From: Lewinellaceae bacterium
GTDB taxonomy: Bacteria > Bacteroidota > Bacteroidia > Chitinophagales > Saprospiraceae
Direction of reading: 5' to 3'
DNA length: 64,000 nt
Assembly (NCBI GenBank): GCA_963710215.1
Contig: CAVPZP010000045.1
Span: 25,256 to 89,255, forward strand
Both the position numbers and the translations under genes were made by a program. Numbering within the stretch: position 1 is the stretch's first letter; each line of letters begins with the position of its first letter. The notes under the pieces were generated by a model, which saw only the letters and a list, made by a program, of their open reading frames with translations, did no database searches and was not told the DNA's origin. Of the stretch, positions 49,169 through 57,473 are shown piece by piece.

Positions 49169-50587
49169 ATGAAGACCATTGCCCTCCTCTCCGGCCCGCT
49201 TCTCTTCGCGGCCATTCTCCTGTTCTTCCAGCCCGCCGGGCTGCCGCCCGCCGCGCGGGCGGTGCTGGCCGGCACGGTCTGGATCGCCGTCTGGTGGATT
49301 TTCGAGGCCATTCCCATCAGCGCCACGGCCCTATTGCCTTTGGTGCTTTTCCCGCTCACCGGGGCGCTGGGGCTGGAGGAAACCGCCACGGCTTACGGGC
49401 ACAAATACGTTTTTCTCTACCTCGGCGGCTTCATCCTCGCCATCGCCATCCAGCGGTGGCACCTGCACCGGCGCATTGCGCTCACCATCATCGGCCTGGT
49501 GGGCACGGGCGTCTCGCACATCATTCTGGGCTTCATGCTGGCCACGGCCCTGCTGTCGATGTGGATATCCAACACCGCCACCTCGGTCATGATGCTGCCC
49601 ATCGGCATGGCCATTATCGCACAGCTCCAGGACGACCCGCGTACCGTGGAGGACGAAAACCTGCGCTTCGGCAAGGCCCTCATGCTGGCCATCGCCTACG
49701 CGGCCTCCATCGGCGGCATCGCCACCCTCATCGGCACGCCGCCCAACCTGGTGCTGGCCGGGGTGGTGCAGGAACTGTACGGCGTAGAGATCACCTTTCT
49801 GCAGTGGATGACCTTCGGGCTGCCCATTTCGGCCGTGCTCCTGTTGCTCTGCTGGCTATACCTCACGCGCATCGCCTTTTCCTTCCGGCAAACCGGTTTC
49901 CCCGGCGGCCGGCAGGAAATCGAGCGACTACGTAAGGAACTCGGGCCGCTCGGTTACGAGGAAAAAATGGTCCTGGCGGTCTTCCTCATCACCGCCCTGG
50001 CATGGATTTTAAGGTCGCTCGTCCTCACGCGCTATTTCCCCGCCCTCGATGACACCATCATCGCCATCGCCGCCGCGCTGGTCCTCTTCCTGCTGCCCGC
50101 CGGCGGGGGCGGCCGCGCGCTCGTCACCTGGGAGGAAGCCGTAAAACTGCCGTGGGGCATCATCCTCCTGTTCGGCGGCGGCCTGGCCCTGGCCAACGGC
50201 TTCCAGTCTTCCGGCCTCGCCGCCTGGATCGCCGCGCAGTTTGGTTTACTGCAGGGTATTCACCTCGTGGTGTTACTCCTTATCATCATCGCGGCGGTCA
50301 ACTTCCTCACCGAGATCACCTCCAACCTCGCCACCACGGCCATGCTCCTGCCCGTCCTCGCGCCCCTGGCCGTCACGCTGGGCGTCCATCCCTATTTACT
50401 GCTCGTCGCGGCCACCGTCGCGGCATCCTGCGCCTTCATGCTGCCCGTCGCCACGCCCCCCAACGCCGTCGTATTCGGCTCCGGCTACCTCCGCATCCCC
50501 GACATGGTCCGGGCGGGCATTTGGATGAATATAACGTCCATTTTCGTGGTGCTAGGGTTCGTCTATTTTCTATTGGAAGTAATCTGA
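49169..50587 (+). CDS. SLC13/DASS sodium-coupled anion symporter
   Basis: LSMWISNTAT, TLIGTPPN, TEITSNLAT, AFMLPVATPPNA. Confidence 0.92.
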   Translation: MKTIALLSGPLLFAAILLFFQPAGLPPAARAVLAGTVWIAVWWIFEAIPISATALLPLVLFPLTGALGLEETATAYGHKYVFLYLGGFILAIAIQRWHLHRRIALTIIGLVGTGVSHIILGFMLATALLSMWISNTATSVMMLPIGMAIIAQLQDDPRTVEDENLRFGKALMLAIAYAASIGGIATLIGTPPNLVLAGVVQELYGVEITFLQWMTFGLPISAVLLLLCWLYLTRIAFSFRQTGFPGGRQEIERLRKELGPLGYEEKMVLAVFLITALAWILRSLVLTRYFPALDDTIIAIAAALVLFLLPAGGGGRALVTWEEAVKLPWGIILLFGGGLALANGFQSSGLAAWIAAQFGLLQGIHLVVLLLIIIAAVNFLTEITSNLATTAMLLPVLAPLAVTLGVHPYLLLVAATVAASCAFMLPVATPPNAVVFGSGYLRIPDMVRAGIWMNITSIFVVLGFVYFLLEVI

Positions 50588-50645
50588 GGCTTTTAAATCA
50601 GCGAAGGCTCAAGCGGCCATCCTTCCCCATTATCTCCCATTTTTT

Positions 50646-50790
50646 GGGCGTGTCCCCGCCCCTTGCGGGAGCGGGGCCGGTCCCCTCCCGGCTCCCCTGC
50701 CGGGTCGGTGCTGCGCACTGGCGGCCGGGAGGAGGTGTTTCGTATTGTTGGGGGTTGGATTGCGGCCGCCCCCGTCCGGGCACCTCACGC
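50646..50790 (+). repeat. Flavo-1-like structured repeat, copy 10 (with internal insertion)
   Basis: GGGCGTGTCCCCGC...GTGC-TGC-GCAC...GGGCACCTCACGC. Confidence 0.78.
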
Positions 50791-50809
50791 GGGGTTTGAT
50801 CGTTACTTA

Positions 50810-50826
50810 GAGCGTGTCTAAAATTT
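50810..50826. mobile_element. Solo MITE terminal inverted repeat
   Basis: tta|GAGCGTGTCTAAAATTT. Confidence 0.6.
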
Positions 50827-50872
50827 CCTTATCGCCCAACCCCCTATCTTGCCTCCCCATAATTCATCCACC

Positions 50873-51676
50873 ATGTCCCGTTTCCTCCCCCTCCTGTTAG
50901 TTCTCCTCGCGGCCTGCATCGGTCCCAAAACAGCTCCCATGTCCTCTTCATCCGTTTCCAGCCCCGTTTTTGCCGATAACATCGTGGTCGCTCACCGGGG
51001 CGCGTGGAAGGCCGGGGGCCTTCCGGAGAACTCCATCGCCTCGCTACGCGAGGCGATCCGGCTGGGCTGCACGGGAACGGAGTTCGACGTGCGCCTCACC
51101 TCCGATGATTCCCTGCTGGTGGTCCACGATGAGGTCCACGGCGGAATGGAAGTAGCCCGCCACACCTTCGCTGAGCTGACCGCCATTCCTCTTGCCAACG
51201 GAGAAAAATTGCCCACCCTGCGCGAGTACCTGGCGGCCGGCCTGCGCGACAATCCCGGCACCCGCCTGGTTTGCGAGCTAAAGCCTTCGGAGGTCAGTAC
51301 CGAGCGCGATGTGCGCACCGCTACCCTGGCCGTAGCCCTGGTGGCCGAGTTAAAAGCCGAGGCGTGGGTGCCCTACATCAGTTTCAGCTACCCCATCCTG
51401 CTCCGTATCCTCGAACTGAACCCCGCCGCCGATACCCAGTACCTCAACGGCGAGAAAACTCCCGACGAACTAAAAAAAGATCGCATCAACGGCCTGGATT
51501 ACAACTACCGCGTCTACCAGACACACCCCGAGTGGATAGCCGCCGCCAAGCGCAACCGGCAAGCTCTCAATGCCTGGACCGTAAATGATGCCGCCGATAT
51601 GGACCGCCTCATTCAGCAAGGGTTTGATTTCATTACCACCAACGAGCCGGAGTTGCTGCTGAAAAAGGTGCGGTGA
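50873..51676 (+). CDS. Glycerophosphodiester phosphodiesterase (lipoprotein)
   Basis: LLAAC lipobox; VAHRGA...PENS, EFDV, VHD, WTVN, ITTNEP. Confidence 0.92.
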   Translation: MSRFLPLLLVLLAACIGPKTAPMSSSSVSSPVFADNIVVAHRGAWKAGGLPENSIASLREAIRLGCTGTEFDVRLTSDDSLLVVHDEVHGGMEVARHTFAELTAIPLANGEKLPTLREYLAAGLRDNPGTRLVCELKPSEVSTERDVRTATLAVALVAELKAEAWVPYISFSYPILLRILELNPAADTQYLNGEKTPDELKKDRINGLDYNYRVYQTHPEWIAAAKRNRQALNAWTVNDAADMDRLIQQGFDFITTNEPELLLKKVR

Positions 51677-51686
51677 TGCGAACTTG

Positions 51687-51962
51687 CGCGATCTGGGGAT
51701 CGCGACCCTTAAATACGGGGTCCAGATCCCCAGACCTGGGAAGTTTTAATAACCTACGCGATCTGGGGATCGCGACCCTATCCTTACGCGATCTGGGGAT
51801 CGCGACCCTTAAATACGGGGTCCAGGTCCCCAGACCTGGGAAGTTTTAATAACCTACGCGATCTGGGGATCGCGACCCTTTCCTTACGCGATCTGGGGAT
51901 CGCGACCCTTTCCTTACGCGATCTGGGAATCGCGACCCCTTAAGTCCGGGGATCGCGACCCT
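51687..51962. repeat. REP cluster: CGCGATCTGGGGATCGCGACCCT x6 plus a partial copy, with 100-bp and 30-bp periodicity
   Basis: Lies between convergent genes; single copy at 10157-10184. Confidence 0.9.
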
Positions 51963-53557
51963 TATTTCATCCATTCCTCCTTTGGCGGCACCGCATATTT
52001 TTTCATCAAGCCATCTAACTGCTTTTTTAAATCATCCGTAACGGCGGCATACCCTTCCCCGCCGTACAGGTTACGCATCTCCAGCGGGTCGGTTTTCAGG
52101 TCGTAGAGTTCCCAGGCATCGATGTCTCCATAGAAGTGCATGAGCTTGTAGCGGTCGGTTTTCACGCCGTAATGTCTACGGACGTCGTGAAAGCTGGGAA
52201 ATTCATAATAGTGGTAATAAAGTGCTTCGTATTGTTCATCCGGTCCCGTGCCGGTGGCGGCCGTCCGGAAACTTTTGCCCTGCACGGCCGCCGGGACGGG
52301 CAGTCCCGCAAAATCGAGTAGCGTGGTGGCAAAGTCAATGTTTTGAACCAGGGCGTTGCTCACCCGGCCCGCCGGTATCGCGCTGCCGTACTGCATCAGC
52401 AACGGGATTCGCATACTTTCCTCGTACATGAAGCGCTTGTCCAGCCACCCGTGCTCGCCGAGAAAAAAGCCCTGATCGGAAGTATAGATCACGATGGTAT
52501 TCTCATCCAGTCCGCTTTCTTCCAGGTAATCCAGTACCCGACCCACGCCGTCATCCACACTGGCCACCGAGGCGCAGTATTCCTGGAGGTAACGCTGGTA
52601 CTTCCATAGATCGACCTGCGCCTCCTCCAGGTATGGTTCCAGGCGGTTGAAGTGATCGTTTTTGGCGCGGTAATGCTCGTTCCACTCCCGCAATTGTTCG
52701 GACGTGAAGCGGGAAAATTGCTCCGGCCAGGGATCGTTGCGTAGTGTATCGTTGCTTACGGCGACGGTCATTTTGAGGTCGTGTCCCTCATAAACGTGGG
52801 CGGGGTTAGCCACCTCCATTGCCTGTGCCGCCGCGGCCGGGCGGCCGCGATAATTGTCAAAGTAGTTGTCCGGCACCGGAAAATAGGTACTGTCGTAAAG
52901 GTTATGGTGGCGCGGTGCGGGCTGCCAGTTACGGTGTGGGGATTTATGCCACAACAATAGCGCAAACGGTCGGTCGGGATGCTCGGTCCGTGCGGCTTGC
53001 AGCCACGCCAGCGATTTATCCGTAATAATATCGGTCGTATAACCTTCCATCCGGTAGGTTTCGGCACCGTTGCGCCGAAATTCGGGGTTATAATAACTTC
53101 CTTGCCCCGGCAACACATCGGAATAATCAAAGCCCTCCGGTTCTACTCCCAGGTGCCACTTGCCGATCACGGCCGTCCGGTAGCCGGCCGCATGCAGGTC
53201 CTTATGCCACTGCCACTGCGTGGCGTCAAAGCGGTTGCCGTTCTGCTTGAATCCATTGACGTGGCTATGTTTTCCCGTCAGGATCGTAGCACGGCTGGGA
53301 CCGCACAGCGCATTGCCGCAGTAGGCGCGATCAAAACGCACGCCGCTGCGGCCGATCCGGTCGATGTGGGGCGTGGGGGCCGCCCGACCGATGGGGTGAT
53401 CGTAGGCACTGACCGCCTGATAAGCGTGATCGTCGCTGAGGATGAAAATGATATTGGGCCGCTTTTCTTGCGGGGCCGGACTTTTCACGTCGGTCAGGCC
53501 AAAGCCCGACACGATCGCCAGTAGCAGCAGGGGGACAAAACTCAGGTAGTAACGCAT
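51962..53557 (-). CDS. Formylglycine-dependent (Cys-type) sulfatase
   Basis: PNIIFILSDDH, CGPSRATILTG, GKWHL, SDQGFFLGEHG..DKR. Confidence 0.93.
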   Translation of the reverse strand: MRYYLSFVPLLLLAIVSGFGLTDVKSPAPQEKRPNIIFILSDDHAYQAVSAYDHPIGRAAPTPHIDRIGRSGVRFDRAYCGNALCGPSRATILTGKHSHVNGFKQNGNRFDATQWQWHKDLHAAGYRTAVIGKWHLGVEPEGFDYSDVLPGQGSYYNPEFRRNGAETYRMEGYTTDIITDKSLAWLQAARTEHPDRPFALLLWHKSPHRNWQPAPRHHNLYDSTYFPVPDNYFDNYRGRPAAAAQAMEVANPAHVYEGHDLKMTVAVSNDTLRNDPWPEQFSRFTSEQLREWNEHYRAKNDHFNRLEPYLEEAQVDLWKYQRYLQEYCASVASVDDGVGRVLDYLEESGLDENTIVIYTSDQGFFLGEHGWLDKRFMYEESMRIPLLMQYGSAIPAGRVSNALVQNIDFATTLLDFAGLPVPAAVQGKSFRTAATGTGPDEQYEALYYHYYEFPSFHDVRRHYGVKTDRYKLMHFYGDIDAWELYDLKTDPLEMRNLYGGEGYAAVTDDLKKQLDGLMKKYAVPPKEEWMK

Positions 53558-53612
53558 GGCAACGGGATTGAATTGATTCCCGCTAATTTAAGCATAATTT
53601 ACCAGGTCACAA

Positions 53613-54479
53613 TCAGCACACCCCCGCCATTTCTTTTACCCCCTGCTCTACGAATTTACCCGCCCTGAAAACGTGTACCGCTTGTACGCCCAAGCTATCC
53701 AATAATTGATAAGTTGGCGCGAATCCTCCCGTTACGTGCTCCACCTCGTGGGTATCCGAGTTTATCTGGAGGGGTATTCCCCGCCCCACGGCCGATTCTA
53801 TGATCCAGGCACTGGGATAAAGTTCCTGTACCGTACCCCGGTAGATGCCGCGCGTATTGACTTCCATGATGATGCCGGCGCGGGCAATGTCGTCCAGGGT
53901 GGCTTCCACCGTCTCGCGGTACCAAGGTTCCTCTTCCTTCCAGTATAAACCGCCCAGATTACGCTTTTTGATCCGGTCCGGGTGGGCCACTATATCGGGC
54001 GGGTGGGTGGTGACCATTTCTCGTACCAGCTCGTAGTAGCGTTCCACCATCGCCCGGGCATTTCCTCCGAATATCTCGTCGATCCCCCGCTGAAAAAGGG
54101 GTTCGGGCTGCTGGAAACTCCAGGGGCGGTCGCCGTCCAGGCAATCCACGAAGTGTACGGCCCCGATGGTATAGTCCAATTCTGCTTCCCGAATGTGCGG
54201 GCTATCCACACTCACCAGACCGGGCAGATAATCTACCTCCAGACTCCGGTGAATCTCGATCCGGTCGCCGTATACTGCCCGTAGCCGCTCGATCTCGGCC
54301 AGGTAGTCCGGCAGTTGCGCCATTTTCATCATACTCATGTCCTGGTGCGGAATGGGACAGTGGTCACTGAATCCGTAGGCCGTCATGCCCTTGCGCAGGG
54401 CTTCGAGAAGAAAAGTTTCGGCCGGGGCCTTGCCGTCGCTGAAGATAGTATGCGAATGGTGGTTGGAGTAGCGGTTCAT
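53613..54479 (-). CDS. PHP-family histidinol-phosphatase (HisJ/HisK type)
   Basis: HSHTIFSDG, FSDHCP, EVDY, GAVH, AHPD, EVNTRG, NSDTH. Confidence 0.88.
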   Translation of the reverse strand: MNRYSNHHSHTIFSDGKAPAETFLLEALRKGMTAYGFSDHCPIPHQDMSMMKMAQLPDYLAEIERLRAVYGDRIEIHRSLEVDYLPGLVSVDSPHIREAELDYTIGAVHFVDCLDGDRPWSFQQPEPLFQRGIDEIFGGNARAMVERYYELVREMVTTHPPDIVAHPDRIKKRNLGGLYWKEEEPWYRETVEATLDDIARAGIIMEVNTRGIYRGTVQELYPSAWIIESAVGRGIPLQINSDTHEVEHVTGGFAPTYQLLDSLGVQAVHVFRAGKFVEQGVKEMAGVC

Positions 54480-54653
54480 GAGGAGGAAACGGTTGAGCGG
54501 GAGGAAAGGGTAAATGTGTTCTTGCTGAAGAATGTTTATCTTGTTTCCCTGCTACTCAATATAACCTGTTTGCTGCCCCAAATCAACCCTATAAATTTCT
54601 TTAACATTTACCAAGCTGTCGAAAATTAGATAAGCTCCTGCAGACAGAACTAA

Positions 54654-54803
54654 GAGCGTGTCTAAAATTTTTAAGAACTGAGGATCAATAATTCGCTTCG
54701 CGGCTACTTCGTGGTGCGCGCATAGCGGGTTACGTAAGTCAGTTTTTATGACGCCAGGTTCTTAAATGCTTGGTTATCAGGAAGTAAAAATTTAGACACG
54801 CTC
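54654..54803. mobile_element. MITE, 150 bp, inverted copy of 9474-9648 lacking 25 internal bp
   Basis: Same TIRs and TAA duplication. Confidence 0.88.
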
Positions 54804-54813
54804 TAACTCCCAA

Positions 54814-54924
54814 GCGTGAGGTGCCTGAACGGGGCGGAACGGCAGAGACGCAGCCCGCAGGGCCGAGCAGACTTGCGAGCCGGTAAGGGACCGACCGCGA
54901 CGCGTCAGCGACGGGGACACGCCC
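54814..54924 (-). repeat. Flavo-1-like structured repeat, copy 11
   Basis: GCGTGAGGTGCC...GCCC-GCA-GGGC...GGGGACACGCCC. Confidence 0.8.
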
Positions 54925-55102
54925 GGTCCTTAGCAGGCAGATTGCCTTTCCGTGGTACGCAATAGTAGTTTTCCGACTCGACGATGGTGTCAATCACATT
55001 TTTGATTGTACAAGTGTCAAGATGGATTATCCCGCCACGACGATTCAACTTCCCGATCGACTGCTTAACCACATTGATCTCGGTAACTTTGGCGTTCTGG
55101 TA

Positions 55103-56431
55103 ATGACTCAATCATCCGATCTTTCGTCCTCACTCAACCATTCAGTCATTCGATTACTCAATCATTCAGTCCCCTACCGCCTCGCCACTTTCCTCTACCA
55201 TGCCGCCATCCACCTCGCCGCCCGTCTCGGCCGAGCCAAGGCCGCAGAGTGGGTGGCCGGACGTAAAAACTGGCGAGCAGACCTCACCGCCTGGCGCACC
55301 GCGCACCCCGGCCCGCTGGTCTGGATGCACTGCGCATCCCTGGGTGAGTTTGAACAAGGAAGACCGGTGCTGGAAGCCATCCGCGCCGAACGGCCGGACC
55401 TGGTGCTACTCCTCACCTTCTACAGCCCCAGCGGTTACGAGAGCCGTAAAAATTATCCGGGGGCCGATGGAATTTTCTATTTGCCCGCAGATTCACCCCG
55501 TGCCGCACACGATTGGCAAGCCACCCTCCACCCTGACTTGGCTATCTTCGTAAAGTATGAGTTCTGGCTCTTCCACCTCCGCGAACTCGCCCGGGCCGGG
55601 GTGCCTACCGTGCTTATTGCGGCCTCCTTTCGGCCCGGCCAGGCTTTCTTTCGCCGGTGGGGCGGCGGCTACCGCCGGGCACTCCACAACTTCGCCCACC
55701 TCTTCGTGCAAACCGAGCAAGACGTAAACTTGCTCACTACCCTTCCCTACCCTGCGGCCAAAATCACCCGCGCCGGAGATCCCCGTCTGGACCGTGTACT
55801 CCAGCTCCCCGCCGAATCATTTAGCGATTCCTTGCTGGAAGCCTTTGCTGCCGACCACCACCTCATCATCGCCGGCTCCACCTGGCCGGCCGATGAGGAA
55901 AAACTGGTACCCGCTTTTCAAAAATTTGCCGCCGGGCAACCCGGTAACTGGAAGCTGCTGCTGGTTCCTCACGATGTGAGCGAAGCCCACGTAGCCGGTC
56001 TTCACCGCTCTACCGGTGCCCCCCGCTATACACAAACCGAACGTGGGGAAGCAACTGCTTCCCACGTCCTGATCGTCGACGCCATCGGTCTGCTTAACCG
56101 CCTCTATCGCCTGGGCGAGATCGCCTACATCGGCGGCGGTTTCGGTAGCGGTATTCATAACACTCTCGAACCGATGGCCTACGGACTGCCGGTTGTCTTC
56201 GGACCCAAATATGCCAAGTTTCCGGAGGCTGTCCAGGCAGTGGCTTCGGGTGCCGGCCGGTCCGTGAGTGATACCGACACAATCGTTTCGGCCCTGACCG
56301 CTTTTACTGCCGGCGAACCGATCGGAGACCGGGCACGTACCGCCGTTCAGGAATATTTACGGGCCAATCGGGGAGCCACCGGCGTCATCATGCGGGGAAT
56401 CAGGGCTTATCTCCCGAAGAACGGATATTGA
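55103..56431 (+). CDS. waaA: 3-deoxy-D-manno-octulosonic acid (Kdo) transferase
   Basis: WMHCASLGEFEQ, TFYSPSG, KYEFW, AGSTWP, YIGGGF...HNTLEP; start placed after a TAACTTTG -7 element, uncertain. Confidence 0.9.
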   Translation: MTQSSDLSSSLNHSVIRLLNHSVPYRLATFLYHAAIHLAARLGRAKAAEWVAGRKNWRADLTAWRTAHPGPLVWMHCASLGEFEQGRPVLEAIRAERPDLVLLLTFYSPSGYESRKNYPGADGIFYLPADSPRAAHDWQATLHPDLAIFVKYEFWLFHLRELARAGVPTVLIAASFRPGQAFFRRWGGGYRRALHNFAHLFVQTEQDVNLLTTLPYPAAKITRAGDPRLDRVLQLPAESFSDSLLEAFAADHHLIIAGSTWPADEEKLVPAFQKFAAGQPGNWKLLLVPHDVSEAHVAGLHRSTGAPRYTQTERGEATASHVLIVDAIGLLNRLYRLGEIAYIGGGFGSGIHNTLEPMAYGLPVVFGPKYAKFPEAVQAVASGAGRSVSDTDTIVSALTAFTAGEPIGDRARTAVQEYLRANRGATGVIMRGIRAYLPKNGY

Positions 56432-57290
56432 CCAACTTACGCAATAGGTCGAACCAGAAAGGCGCGCCCAGTGAAATGGCTAAGGCAGTCAGGATAAATC
56501 CCAGCATTTTCATCAGCACATCCTGCCATCCGAGGCTGGCAATTTCCACTTGCTCCCAGCCCAGCCCCAGAGGGCTTCTGACCGATTCCAGTTCCTGGCT
56601 GATCAGGTACTTTACGTCTTCCAGCACCACATCGAATTCCCGCCCCTCGGGTGGTCCCAGCGTCATTTGGTCGCGGGTATTGACGTAGCTCTCGGCCATT
56701 TGCACTACTTGTTGCAGTGCTTCCGGATCCTTGTTCAGGGTGTCGAATATCTGGATCGTATCCGCATTAAAAACCACGGCGATCCCTAACCCGATGAACA
56801 GCAAAATTTTCTGCGTGAACCGCTTGAACCAACCCGAAGCCCGGTCCATGACATTATTGTACCAGTTCTGTACCTCCAACCGAAAAAGGTCCAACTCGTG
56901 ATTGGATTGCCGGAGTAATTGGTTGAGCACATTGCGCAGGTCGTCGTCCGGCAGGGCGTCGATCCGTTCCTTGAGCTGAGTGAAATCCTCTCCCTTCAAA
57001 ATAATATCGAACAGGATGCTCTGAAAGGTCTCCGCCGCCATGTAGCTCGGCGGCCCCTGCGACCGTTGGCCGTACTGTTGCGTCAGGTGCTTATAAAGGC
57101 TGTTCTGCTGAAAATCTTTCAGCATCGTAGCATTCGTATCGCAGCTGGCCAGCATATTATGCAGGGCGGTAAGCAGGTTACGCCCTCTGAGTCGAAAGAA
57201 GGAAGAGATTAATTCCATCAGCGTGGTTGCCAGCAGGCTCAACAGCAACAGAATAAATATCAATCCGATGACAACGGTCAAAATCTGCAT
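56400..57290 (-). CDS. Conserved uncharacterised membrane protein (SLGAPFWFD motif)
   Basis: N-terminal TM; WYNNVMDRASGWFKR, VVFNADTI, LTALAISLGAPFWFDLL; 32-bp tail-to-tail overlap with waaA. Confidence 0.8.
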   Translation of the reverse strand: MQILTVVIGLIFILLLLSLLATTLMELISSFFRLRGRNLLTALHNMLASCDTNATMLKDFQQNSLYKHLTQQYGQRSQGPPSYMAAETFQSILFDIILKGEDFTQLKERIDALPDDDLRNVLNQLLRQSNHELDLFRLEVQNWYNNVMDRASGWFKRFTQKILLFIGLGIAVVFNADTIQIFDTLNKDPEALQQVVQMAESYVNTRDQMTLGPPEGREFDVVLEDVKYLISQELESVRSPLGLGWEQVEIASLGWQDVLMKMLGFILTALAISLGAPFWFDLLRKLVNIRSSGDKP

Positions 57291-57396
57291 AGGTAATCGT
57301 TAGGTTGGTCGCAAGATAGGCCAAGGTTTTGACAACCCGACTTACCCGTTGGTCCCGAAACCGAAAAATAGTGGGCTTATCCTGCTTGCCGCTTTT

Positions 57397-57437
57397 AAAA
57401 AAAGCGGGCGGCAACACGCTTTCGTGCTGCCGCCCGC
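57397..57437 (-). terminator. Intrinsic terminator of the adhesin gene
   Basis: GCGGGCGGCA...TGCCGCCCGC stem with T-run on the minus strand. Confidence 0.75.
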
Positions 57438-57473
57438 CGGAAATCCTTTTGATATATGACTGGAGGGCCGTTA

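Noticed and set aside
51687-51962. Possible CRISPR array
   Set aside because: Spacers are themselves repeated or only ~7 bp, and no cas genes are present; this is a REP cluster
2761-54924. Flavo-1-like repeat as a hammerhead/HDV ribozyme or integron attC site
   Set aside because: No CUGANGA/GAAA core or HDV nested pseudoknot seen; no RYYYAAC/GTTRRRY ends, no integrase, and neighbours include core genes in both orientations
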